DNA of 64,000 bases, from NCBI RefSeq assembly GCF_006345805.1, contig NC_043005.1, positions 46,934,001-46,998,000 on the forward strand, written 5' to 3'. The number at the start of each line of letters is the position of its first letter. Within the stretch, counting starts at the first letter, position 1. Positions 1 through 12,002 of this stretch are shown here, piece by piece. The translations under genes were made by a program, and so were the position numbers. This DNA is from Octopus sinensis. Taxonomy: Eukaryota. The notes under the pieces are model-generated. The model did not search any database and was not told where the DNA came from. It worked only from the letters and a program-made list of their open reading frames with translations.

Positions 1-763
1 TTTGTGCATTTACAAAGAATACAGAACTGTCATACACAGGATCTTGTTTTTAGGAATTCCCAATAAGTTATGAATACCTAAAATGTGAAGTCAGTTAGGT
101 AATAACATGAAATTAGTTACCCAATAGTAATAATACAAATGAAGTAGGGCTTTAATGCGTTCCCAGAGTATATAGTAAGTATACTAAAATCGTGAGGCAT
201 GTTACGTAATAACAGGCTAATCAGATATGATTTAATAACAATTCAAAGTAAATATTCTCAAAAGGGCTTTTGTGCGTTCCCAGAGAATACTACCCTCAGG
301 GCGCTAGCGTTGGTATATTCGTGAATTAGTCACTAACCGAAATAAATGGGGAATATTGTTTAGGAAAATACTATTTACTTGTTTAAGGGTTGTACTGGAT
401 AAATTGCGAAAATAACTCTAACAGTTCAAATACTAAGAAATAAGCATAATCAATTTGATTTATACCAAATAATTTTGGAAAATGATTGGGTTTTTTCCTT
501 TAGCTATATGTAAGGATCACTTCCAGGGGCGAATGGGTTATTTCTCTTGGCTGTTAAAAGAAAATATATTAGATATATATAAGGATCCCTTCCAGGGGCC
601 CTATTATCGATTTTGTCTACAATCTGAGTATGGCAGGAGGTTTCCAGACACGAATTCTACTCACGTGTCAAGTTTCATCAAAATCGATAAAACGATGTAG
701 GAGGAGTTAGCTAACAACTCCACGAACACATCCACAGACAGAATCTCCCTCATATGTAGTAGA
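1..763 (-). mobile_element. Non-autonomous Helitron-like element, 5' portion (probably continues beyond window start)
   Basis: Minus strand from 763 reads TCTACTACATATGAGGGAGATTCTGTCTGTGG...AACTCCTCCTACATCGTTTTATCGATTTTGATGAAACTTG. This is the 'TC...ctgtctgt...aactcctcc...cgattttgatgaaa' 5' signature typical of invertebrate non-autonomous Helitrons. Internal direct repeats at ~146-170/262-287 and ~506-530/576-600. Confidence 0.5.
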
Positions 764-1136
764 GTTATGCATCTATGTATGTATTTATGTATTTATGTAT
801 GTATGTATATTTCAAGGGTAATTAGTTTAATACCAATAACAATACGTAAATTTAATAAACAGTTATTTCTTTACCAGGTTTTCAAATCGGATTCAAGAAA
901 TCCTCTTGTATTTTTAACAATTCCTCCTTATTTAAACCCAAGGCGAGAAATTCTGAACGGTGAAGTTAGTCGATAGCATCAACCCCAGGACTTGGTAGGT
1001 ACTTTATTCCACTGGGAGACTATAGGTTTTGATCATAAAATGTAACGCCTAGGAAGAAATAATCATTTCTATTATAGGCACAAGGCCTGAAATTTTGGGG
1101 GACGGGGACAGACACACACAAATATATACATATCAG

Positions 1137-1205
<69 letters not shown>

Positions 1206-1207
<2 letters not shown>

Positions 1208-1371
1208 CGACAGGCTTCTTTCAGTTTCCGTCTAACAAATCCTCTCACAAGGCTTTGATCGGCTCGAGGCTATAATACAAAAAACTGGTGCAAGGTGCCA
1301 CGCAGTGGAACTGAACTCAGAACCATGTGGTTGGCATGCAAACGTTTTGGTCACACAGCCATGCCTGCGCC
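1206..1371 (-). mobile_element. tRNA-derived SINE family A, 5' half
   Basis: Reverse complement matches the head of the full copy at 28837-29227 (A box TGGCTGTGTG, B-box-like GAGTTCAGTTCC, ...GACGGAAACTGAAAGAAGCCTGTCG) and ends in (TA)n. Confidence 0.85.
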
Positions 1372-1452
1372 TATATGGCCACGCCTGCGCGTATATAGCC
1401 ACGCCTGCTTCTATATGACCACACTTGCTCGTATATAGTCATGTCTGTGTCT
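1357..1452. repeat. ~21-bp minisatellite (4-5 units) derived from the SINE-A 5' terminus
   Basis: gccatgcctgcgcctatatg / gccacgcctgcgcgtatata / gccacgcctgcttctatatg / accacacttgctcgtatata / gtcatgtctgtgtctat. Confidence 0.8.
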
Positions 1453-1787
1453 ATTTATTTGTAAGTAGAAATATTGATATGACTGATAAGGATCGAAAAA
1501 CATTTAAAATTGTTTTTTTTTACCATTACACATGTTACATTTGCTCCTACGAATTACAAAGTTGCCTACGTAAGAGAAATGTGTAACATATCTCCTATTA
1601 GAAATTTTTTCAGACAGAGAATAAAAAATGTTAGTCTGCAAAAAATATTTCCCAGAATTTTCAAATCCTATGCATACCTCACGCAATAAAAAAACATCTG
1701 CATACTGATTTTATATCCTGGAATAAGCAAATGTGCTTCAAGAAGACACAGCTTGGATTTAAACCCCATCTACATTATATGTATGTA

Positions 1788-1830
1788 CTAGTTGGCCCCG
1801 TGCCGTCAAAGATAACGGCTATTTGTAGCC
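1788..1830 (-). mobile_element. Helitron-like 3' terminus (hairpin + CTAG)
   Basis: Minus strand: GCCGT-tatctttg-ACGGC hairpin, about 10 nt, then CTAG followed by T. Confidence 0.55.
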
Positions 1831-2069
1831 TTTTATATATAAATATAGATGGTAAATCAAATTAATTCACTTGCCAATGTTATCTAGTTGTTGTCTTTTG
1901 AGATGTGACATCGATCATCGTTTGTTACTGAAAGAACGCTAGTTTACACATACAAACATTCACATACTTCCCTTGTACACGCACACACATACACACATAT
2001 ACGCACCCAGAGGTGAAACGCTGTGTGATTTTTCCTTTTCAGCATTGAATTTTCACCATTCCACTTCTA

Positions 2070-2101
2070 TTGCACACACACACGCATACACACACACACA
2101 A

Positions 2102-2167
<66 letters not shown>

Positions 2168-2290
2168 AAACACACACACTCTCTCTCTCAAACACACACT
2201 CTCTCTCTTTCACACACACTCTCTCTCACTCACACACACACACACACACACACATTCACATACCTCCCTTTTACATATACACATATACTC
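2070..2290. repeat. Compound (CA)n/(CT)n microsatellite
   Basis: Directly visible. Confidence 0.95.
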
Positions 2291-2766
2291 ACACAAAGTT
2301 GGAACGTTCACACTACTAGTTTGCCACCACCCCTTCATTTCAAATTCATCTATCACCCTATCCTTTATCATTCATATGTTGTCACGGAGAAAAACACAAG
2401 AGTATTTTTACAGAAGAAGATGTATGCGTGTATGTATATATTTATTACGTATGTATGTATGTATGCATGATTGTATGTATGTATGAACTATACTTTCATA
2501 TATATATACATAAATATATACGTGTGTGCATGTGTGTATGTATGTAGCATGGCTCTGATGTAGAGCCATGTTTGAAACGCCACTTCCACATCTATTTTGG
2601 TATCTAAAACTTACACTGAACATCAATCTAATATACTCATTTGTGTACTCTAATTAATTGGTTGCTGTTGCTTTTTCCTGTCTGTTATTTGCCCATATAT
2701 ATATATACATAGCCATATAAACACACACATATATATATTCATATACATATATATATATATATACAC

Positions 2767-2825
<59 letters not shown>

Positions 2826-3639
2826 TGCATGTATGTATGTATATAAATACATATATATATATACATAAATGTGTGTGTATATAAATAAAGCATTCAGTGT
2901 GCTTATATTTCGAACCTAAGTTATTTTATTTGTCGTAATTTAACTTAACTGGGTTTATAATGAACTTCTGACCCAAGTTTACAACCATCATCCAATATAC
3001 TATGGCCAATATTCGCTCTATGGAAAAGATAACTATTCTAGCTGAAAATTAGCTTGACCAATATTAGCCAAATCTTCATACATTTACAGTAGATGAACAT
3101 AAAGATTTGGCCATGCATAAAACCAATTCTTATCACTATTGTAGCACGCCATGGGATAGCAATGATTTCCAGTATGTTCAAACGTTGAAATACCAAATAT
3201 TGCACCGAACATTGCCAGGCTCGGCAAGAATTATTTGAAAATGTTAGCAAATCATAGATATTACATTTCATGCCAACAATGATCTGGAAAATAAATAATA
3301 GCTGATTAAAAATACTCAATAGATAAAAATAGTGTGAAGCACTGGAAGTGTATTGCAACGGTGTAATACATATATTCTGGAACGGATAACATATTTTATA
3401 TGTGTAAGTGTGCAATGTACCTATACGCAAGGATACATATATACGTATATACAAATACGTATAAACATACATGCAGAGCAAGTCACACAAATACACACAC
3501 GTATGCAAATATATGCAAGTATGTGTATGTTTAATATATCATATTAATACGAATATATATTCATAAATGCAAACATACGTAAAAAGATTGTTATAACACA
3601 GATGTGTACTTTAAAATGTATATGTGTGTAAGTTTGTTT

Positions 3640-3666
3640 ATGCGCGTGTGTGTTTGTGTGTATGTA

Positions 3667-3721
<55 letters not shown>

Positions 3722-3976
3722 TATGTACAACTCGTAGTAAATCAGAAGAACTGAATTTAATTTAAATATCACAGAGTGAATGGCTTCGCTCGAAGCAAAT
3801 GAAGTTATAAATAACAGTATGCAAATACTGTGTGTGTGTGTGTGTGTGGTGTGTGTGTGTGTGTGTGCGCGCGTGTTATGTACAACTCGTAGTAATCAGA
3901 AGAACTGAATTTAATTTAAATATCACAGAGTGAATGGCTTCGCTCGAAGCAAATGAAGTTATAAATAACAGTATGC

Positions 3977-4014
<38 letters not shown>

Positions 4015-4150
4015 TGTGTGTGCTGTGTATACATATTTGTGCGTGTAACTCGGAGTAAACCAGAAGAACTGAATTAAATTTAAATATCACAAGCTCAATA
4101 AATGATTTAACTCGAAGTGGATAAAATTGTAAATAATAGCATGCAAATAC
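3640..4150. repeat. Three-unit tandem repeat (~155-170 bp unit containing a (GT)n tract)
   Basis: Unit 'caactcgtagtaaatcagaagaactgaatttaatttaaatatcacagagtgaatggcttcgctcgaagcaaatgaag...atgcaaatac' at ~3710-3828 and ~3866-3983 (near identical) and ~4040-4150 (diverged). Confidence 0.9.
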
Positions 4151-4504
4151 AGGCTAAGATTCGACACTTTTTCTCTAATGGTTTTTTTCAACCCAGCATT
4201 TGCACTCTGTTGATTATAGCTTTATCTGCTTCTAGTCAAACCGTTCCTAAAATCAGAAGTTGTACTTTTTAATCCATTATGTTTGCTTAGATAACATTAG
4301 CACCGTTGTTTAGATCCATTAAAAATAACACACATTACAGACGTACACACTTACATACGCACACATCCACACGTCAAAGTCACTAGCCCCTATCCACACG
4401 CACACGTTCACACACTCTCACATACACACACGCACGCGCACCTTCCTAGCTCTCCTGTCTAATTATCTTTGTCCAACCAGTCGCCATGATTGACAGCTAA
4501 ATCC

Positions 4505-4672
4505 AAAAGTTTTTATTCTCTCTCTGTTTATTTCCCCATGCTGCTTTCTATTGAAGAGCATAGGCTCGAAATATAAAAGACTCTCTCACCTTCCCGAGCG
4601 TCAAACTAATATACCTGCTTGTTGTTTATACACCTGTCTTCGTCTTTTATTTTTCTGTAAATTTCAACTACA
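4505..4672 (+). mobile_element. Short Penelope-derived pLTR-like element with a degenerate hammerhead motif
   Basis: cttt-CTATTGA-a-gagc(atag)gctc-GAAA-t-ATA-aaag at 4544-4579. The tail 'gagcgtc..taata..' is shared with 4727-4822(-) and 57783-57955(-). Abuts (TA)n. Confidence 0.55.
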
Positions 4673-4689
4673 TATATAATATTATATAT

Positions 4690-4727
<38 letters not shown>

Positions 4728-4913
4728 GGTTTATCCAACTGGAAAACAGAAAAAACAACAACACGTGGAACATTACAGTATTATTATTATTAGGCGCTCA
4801 GGAAAATGGAAGAAGGAATCTATATTAATATATATATATATATATATATTATATATAATAATATGTATATATATATATATATATATAATATATATATATT
4901 ATGTATATATAAT

Positions 4914-4944
<31 letters not shown>

Positions 4945-4999
4945 CTATATATATATATTATATGTTATATATATGTATATATATATATATATATACACA

Positions 5000-5333
5000 T
5001 TGGTAACAACTGGTAAGAAAACAAAAGAAAGAGACCTCAATATTATGTAAATAGAGGAATTTAACTGTAAAATAATATGCGACAATTATTCAATAGCCAA
5101 GATAAAACTCTGAGTTTCGGATGCCGAGGTGGAAATACCCAACACCATCTCTTCGATTATCTGGCCATCTGAAAAGTATATATATATACTTGCCAAGTAC
5201 TCCAATTATTATTGGTATGAATATGAATTCATTGACTGAATATAGAAGAGATTTCGAAGCACTTGTCGATAGATATCCTCTTTCTCTTTGATTTTTCAAA
5301 GAGATATTTATATCTACAGGACAGCTAACCACT
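5000..5333 (-). mobile_element. Penelope-like element 3' end with hammerhead motif
   Basis: Minus strand 5165..5096: gccagataa-TCGAAGA-gatg..catcc-GAAAC-tcaga-GTT-ttatcttggc (long stem I). The upstream remnant 'SLKNQRE..STSASKSLL' loosely resembles the Penelope ORF end. Flanked by (TA)n. Confidence 0.55.
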
Positions 5334-5734
5334 ATATGTATGTATATATGTATGTATGTATGTATGTGTATGTATGTATGTATGTATGTATGTATGTATG
5401 TATGTATGTATGTATGTATGTATGTATGCATGTATGTATGTATGTATGTATGTATGTATGTATGTATGCATGTATGTATGTATGCATGTTGTATGTATGT
5501 ATGTATGTATGTATGCATGTATGTATGTATGTATGTATGTATGTATGTATGTATGTATGCATGTATGTATGTATGTATGTATGTATGTATGTATGCATGT
5601 ATGTATGTATGTATGTATGTATGCATGTATGTATGTATGTATGTATGTATGTATGTATGCATGTATGTATGTATGTATGTATGTATGTATATGTATGTAT
5701 ATATGTATGTATATATGTATGTATATATGTATGC

Positions 5735-5765
<31 letters not shown>

Positions 5766-5832
5766 CATGTATGTATGTATGTATGTATATGCATGTATAT
5801 ATGTATGTATATATGTATGTATGTATGTATGC

Positions 5833-5865
<33 letters not shown>

Positions 5866-5958
5866 TGTATGTATGTATGCATGTATGTATGTATGTATGT
5901 ATGTATGTATATGTATGTATATATGTATGTATATATGTATGTATGTATGTATGTATGC

Positions 5959-5991
<33 letters not shown>

Positions 5992-6192
5992 TGTATGTAT
6001 GTATGCATGTATGTATGTATGTATGTATGTATGTATGTATGTATGTATGCATGTATGTATGCATATATGTATGTATGTATGTATGCATGTATGTATGTAT
6101 GCATGTATGTATGCACGCTATGTATGTATGTATGTATGTATATGTATGTATATATGTATGTATATATGTATGTATGTATGTATGCATATATG

Positions 6193-6226
<34 letters not shown>

Positions 6227-6249
6227 TGTATGTATGCATGTATGTATGC

Positions 6250-6282
<33 letters not shown>

Positions 6283-6448
6283 TGCATGTATGTATGTATG
6301 TATGTATGTATGTATGTATGTATGTATGTATGTATGTATGCACGCTATGTATGTATGTATGTATGTATGTATGTATGCATGTATGTATGTATGTATGTAT
6401 GCACGCTATGTATGTATGTATGTATGTATATGTATGTATATATGTATG

Positions 6449-6482
<34 letters not shown>

Positions 6483-6534
6483 TGTATGTATGTATGCATG
6501 TATATGTATGTATATATGTATGTATATATGTATG

Positions 6535-6568
<34 letters not shown>

Positions 6569-7676
6569 TGCATGCATGTATGTATGTATGTATGTATGTA
6601 TGTATGCATGCATGTATGTATGTATGTATGTATGTATGTATGTATGCATTGATATGTATGCATGCATGTATGTATGCATATGTATTGTATGTATGTATGT
6701 ATGTATGTATGTAGGTATTGTATGTATGTATGTATGTATGTATGTATGCATGTATGTATGTATGTATGTATGTATTATGTATCATGCAGTGTATGTATGT
6801 ATTGTATGTATGCATGCATGTATGCATGCATGTATGTATGTATGATGCATGTATGTATGTATGTATGTATGTATGTATGTATGTATGTATGTATGTTGCA
6901 TGTATGTATGTATGTATGTATGCATGTATGTATGCATGTATGTATTATGTATGTATGCATGTATGTAGTTGTATGTATGTATGTATGTATGTATGCATGT
7001 ATGTATGTATGTATGTATGCATGTATGTATGTATGTATGTATGTATGTATGTATCATGTATGTATGTATGTATTGTATGTATGTATGTATGTATGCATGT
7101 ATGTATGCATGTATGTATGCATGCATGTATGTATGTATGTATGTATGTGTGTATGTATGTATGTATGTGTATGTATGTAGTATGTATGTATGTTGTATGT
7201 ATGTATGTATGTATGCATGTATGTATGTATGTATGTATATATGTTGTATGCATGCATGTATGTGTATGTATGTATGTATGTATGTATGTATGTATTGGAT
7301 GGAGTGTGTGTGGTGTGCATGTATGTATGTATGTATGTATGTATATATTATGTATGCATGCATGTATGTATGTATGTATGTATGTATGTATGTACGTATG
7401 TATGATGTATGTACGTATGTATGTAGTACGTATGTATGTATGTATGTATGTATGTATGTATGTATGTATGTATGACGTATGTATGTATGTATGTATGTAT
7501 GTATGTATGCATGCATGCATGTTATGTATGTATCTGTATGTATGTATGTATGTATATATGTATGTATGCATGCATGTATGTATGTATGTATGTATGTATG
7601 TAGGTATGTATGTATGTATGTATGTATGTATGTATGGATGGATGTTGTGTGTTGTGCATGTATGTATGCATGTATG

Positions 7677-7708
<32 letters not shown>

Positions 7709-7749
7709 TGTATGTATGTATGTATATATGTATGTATGTATGTATGTAC

Positions 7750-7780
<31 letters not shown>

Positions 7781-7820
7781 TGTATGTATGTATGTATGTA
7801 TGTGTGTATGCAGGTATGTA
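5334..7820. repeat. ~2.5-kb (TATG)n tetranucleotide satellite with higher-order variant blocks
   Basis: Continuous TATG array with recurring GCAT, TATA and GCACGC variants. It is the source of all MYVC/HTYI ORFs. Confidence 0.97.
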
Positions 7821-7854
7821 GATAGAAAGGTCGGTCTGTCGGTAGGTAAGTGCG

Positions 7855-8065
7855 TGTTTGTGTTTGCGTTATGCTTGTTTCCACCACCTTTTGACAAGTC
7901 ATGTTGTTTTGTTTGTTGTTCCCGTAACTTAGCGGTTCAACATAAATATCAGCCAGAATAAGTATCAGGCTGTAAAATAAGTACAGGGCTCAACTTGTTC
8001 AAATAAACTGCACAAGACGGTACCCCAGCATGTTCGCAATCCAATGACTAAAACAATTAAAAGTA
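7855..8065 (+). mobile_element. SINE family A, 3' half (diverged)
   Basis: cccgtaacttagcggttc...agaataagta...ccccagcatg...atgactaaaacaattaaaag matches the 3' half of 28837-29227. Confidence 0.8.
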
Positions 8066-8112
8066 GTATCTCTCTATCTTTCTCTCTCACTCTCTCTCTC
8101 TCTCTCTCTCTC

Positions 8113-8144
<32 letters not shown>

Positions 8145-8164
8145 GGCTATCGTACAGTTATACA

Positions 8165-9162
8165 GTCTCCTGCCTCCCCCCCCCCCATAGTATTCAAAAT
8201 CCTAATAAAAGGTATCAGTAAACGGATGTCGATCTTATCTTCAAATAAAGATATTTTCGACGCAGTGGCTCCCGTTTGCAATGAGACTCTAGCGACCAGT
8301 GGGTTCAAAAGAATATAGAATATATACCAGGATTGAATAACCATAAAAGGAAACGCTGCCGCATGACCTTAAGGTTCGCTCCCCCTTCTCCCTAAACGTC
8401 CGGACATGCGTAGGTAAGATTTTTCTTAGGTTGGTTGATAAGCATTTCACGCGATCACACAAATATAGAAAGAGCTTTAACAGACATAATTTAAGAATCT
8501 CTTTCAGTTGTGCACCCAATGTTAATAAAAAATTACTTAGCACTCCTAAACTACGGACTGAGACAGATTGTTCATGCAGGATTAGAACTGAATGCCCAGT
8601 GGACGGCCGATGTTAACACTGGAACCACAGTGTATCAAGCAAAGGTAGCCTCAAATCCAAATTTAAAATTCGCCTTAACAACCACTGATCTTCTTTCAGG
8701 GTCCCGGAGAAACGCAACATAACAGCACTATCAGCATACGTATGACACTTAAAGGACTATCATACGCCTTTTAATGTCAGGTGGAAATTACTGGAAACTT
8801 GTGGACCCTATCGCAATGGAAGAAGACTGTGTAAATTGTGTATGACAGAAAGATATATTATCCTCATGAACTCACATGAGCAAGGAGGCTACCTGAACAC
8901 CAGGACGGATGCCGTGGGGAGTTATCCACATTTTCGGAAAATTTTACTTCAATATTGGAAAAACCTGGCTACCAAGCGAAGGAAGACCACTCGCCTGGTT
9001 ATAATTTTTTAAGAAGAATATTTCTTGAACTATCACCGGCGTTCTTGTGTTTAAAAAAAATTCTTTGCAAAGAACCGTTATCGTTTAGAAAAACTGAAGA
9101 AATGTCTAATTCACGCTAGTTATGAAACGAATGGCTTTTTTCTATACTATTACGTTTCACAT

Positions 9163-9165
<3 letters not shown>
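8165..9165 (+). mobile_element. Penelope-like retroelement remnant (RT C-terminus, Cys linker, GIY-YIG C-terminus) with 3' hammerhead motif
   Basis: Frameshifted translation: PPIVFKILIKGISKRMSILSSNKDIFD; PPFSLNVRTCVGKIFLRLVDKHFTRSHKYRKSFNRHNLRISFSCAPN; CSCRIRTECPVDGRC; PYRNGRRLCKLCMTERYII..LNTR..HFRKILL. These are hallmark Penelope (PLE) ORF motifs. Confidence 0.88.
9086..9144 (+). ncRNA. Hammerhead-ribozyme-like motif (type I, degenerate cleavage triplet) in Penelope 3' region
   Basis: Stem I tagaaaaa/tttttcta (8 bp), perfect core CTGAAGA (9094-9100), imperfect stem II, GAAAC (9124-9128). The NUH position reads GCT. Confidence 0.55.
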
Positions 9166-9222
<57 letters not shown>

Positions 9223-9339
9223 GTGTGTGTGTGTGTGTGTGTATGTGCGTGTGTGTGTGTGTGTGTGTGTGCGACTATCATAAGTTCTGGCATACAATTG
9301 AGATTAAATATATCTGTGATGATTTTCGTTTTTATATTT

Positions 9340-9377
9340 GAGATTTACGGAAACCTTAAAAGGTTTCCGTAAATCTC
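9340..9377. repeat. Perfect 18-bp-arm inverted repeat
   Basis: gagatttacggaaacctt-aa-aaggtttccgtaaatctc. Confidence 0.95.
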
Positions 9378-10353
9378 TTTAAAAAGAGAAGTTTAACTAG
9401 GTTTGCTTCTCGAATTCTATGCTTGTAATTTAGGTTGGTTGTATTTATGATTGGGATTAGCCAGGCTTGTTCGGAGTTATTTGTAGGTGACATAGGACGT
9501 AGCCGGGATGTATTTTGGATGTCGTTGGGTTGCGTTTAGGAATGGCTATTTTGAGGACTGTCTATTTCTGTGGATGGTATGGGCTGAGAGAGTGATTAAT
9601 GCTCACTGAAGCTGAGACTTTGGTTGGTAATTTGCAGGTATTATTGAGTAACTTCTCAAGAGATCGAGACATTCAATCGCAGAGCAAAGACAAAGTAAAT
9701 ATTGAGATATGTCACAAAATGTGAAGGCAAAGTAGATTTGATGACAGTGAAGCATTAGTCGTCAGTAACAATGATAAAATGGGATCTGTGTACACGTGAT
9801 TATATGTGTGTATATTTGTATGTGAACTTATGTAAGGTAAGAATGTATCTGTATGTCAGATGCTGAGGTGGAGGTAATCATAGGGACACAGCGGCAGAAA
9901 AGAGACATACAAATAGACAAAGGAAAGATAGTGTGTGTGTCTTTGTGTGTCAATTTCCTGTTATAGCTGGATGACATCGATGTGTGTTGGTGAAGTGTAC
10001 TGACATGGCAGTTTGGCATTTTATTTCTGTACACGGCGGGCTCAGAATAAGTAGTACAAGGTTGCGTGAATGCACCAATATAGAGAGAATAAAGTGTGAA
10101 CGGCAGGATAAAATGAGTATTCTTCAATACTTAATTGATTTAATAAAGCTTGAAAACTGTCAGATCACTTGTCAATATAATTTAAATACAAGGCAACAAA
10201 AATGGGTACTTCATATGGTGAAAGTATTAAAGAGAATGATCGAAAAACAACATACATACACATATATGCATATATACATATATATATGAAAATACATGTA
10301 TATATATATATCTATATATATATACATATGAATATATATATAAATATATTTTG

Positions 10354-10397
<44 letters not shown>

Positions 10398-10406
10398 TAT
10401 ATATAT

Positions 10407-10585
10407 AAAGCAGCAGAAATATAACAAAAGCAGTTAGTCAGAGTTTCACATTCCCGTTCGTCGGAAAGTTTAACAGTAACAGCTTTTGTTATATTTCTGC
10501 TGCTTTTAACTAACGCGTATTACTCTACCTCTGGTATTTGAGTATTCTCTTTTCTACCTTGTTTCACATTTATGTGCTTACTCCG

Positions 10586-10588
<3 letters not shown>
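10407..10588. mobile_element. Fold-back mini-element with hammerhead motif (same family as 46086-46282, opposite orientation)
   Basis: Arms 10407-10436 and 10477-10506 are inverted. Minus strand core: CCGACGA-acg(ggaa)tgt-GAAAC-tctga-CTA. The tail 'tattactctacc..tggtatttgagta..ccttgtttcacatttatgtg..ccgg' is shared with 46086-46150. Both sides are (TA)n. Confidence 0.75.
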
Positions 10589-10892
<304 letters not shown>

Positions 10893-11163
10893 GGGAATAT
10901 AATTCCAAAACTTACATGGGAAAATTCAATTTAACAAATTCAAATCAAGTTTCACAATATATAATATATGTATATAATTTAGAGAAAAACTTCTATTAAA
11001 CATAGTAGTACTATTTTCTAATTATTGCACTATATTGATATTTAGAATAAGGTATCTTTTTATAGTATATGTTTTCTATATGGTAGGAATAACATCTTTC
11101 TTTATTGAATAGCTTAATAGAGATTTTTCTCAAAATTATACACACACACACACACACACACAC

Positions 11164-11218
<55 letters not shown>

Positions 11219-11504
11219 CTGCGAGTGTGTAGGTATTTGAAAAGTGATTTGACCTAGAATAATGAAATGAAGATCAGTACAAAAAGAGAAGAATGTAAGT
11301 AAAAGATACATCAAAATATCGAAAGCTGTTAGGAAAAAGTCAATCGATCGCATAAATTGCTGGCTTGTGCATAAAAATTATGTTATCAAATTTAGCAGTT
11401 TTAATTTGCGGAAAATGTAACAGCTTAAATTTGCAGAAAATCAAAATATAGCAGTTCTTACTTTGTAGGAGTGCCTTCATTTCATAGTATATACCACTAC
11501 AGCT

Positions 11505-11970
11505 AATAATAATTCTTTCAAATTTTGGTACAAGGCCAGCACTTTTAGGGGCAGGAACCAATCGATTACATCGACCCTAATGATCGACTGGTATACTTAT
11601 TATAACAACCCTGAAAGGATGAAAAGCAAATACAATCTCAGCGGAACTTGAACTCAAAAGGAAAAGACGGACGAAATGCTACTAAGCAATTTTTCTCCGG
11701 CGTGCTAATGATTCTGCCAGTGATTTGCCTTAATAATAGTGGTAATAATGCTTTCAGATTTTGGCACAAAGCCAGCAAGTTCGGTAGAGCGGGTAAGTCA
11801 ATTACATCGTCCCAAGTGCTAAACTGATACTTATCTTATTTTATCAACCCCGGAAGTAAGAAAGGGAAAAGTTGACCTCGGTGTAATTTGAACTCTGAAC
11901 GTTAAGTCGGACGAAATGCCGTTAAGTATGTTGTCCGGCGTGCTAACAATTCTGCCAGCTCACCACCCTT
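11505..11970 (-). mobile_element. Two head-to-tail SINE family B copies
   Basis: Each matches ggcggcgagctggcagaa.cgttagcacgccgg..gagttcaaatt..gtcgactttgcctttcatcc..gtcgat..aagtaccag..ggccttgtgccaaaatttgaaa with an (att)n tail. Confidence 0.85.
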
Positions 11971-12002
11971 AGAATTAATTTTGTTTATTTTGCTCTGTAT
12001 AG

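Noticed and set aside
3640-4150. Repeat-spacer-like pattern (CRISPR?)
   Set aside because: Units are >100 bp separated by (GT)n, the context is eukaryotic and there are no cas genes. It is a simple tandem triplication.
5090-7961. Long ORFs of up to 553 aa (MYVC/HTYI repeats)
   Set aside because: Translations of the stop-free (TATG)n satellite in many frames; no coding signal.
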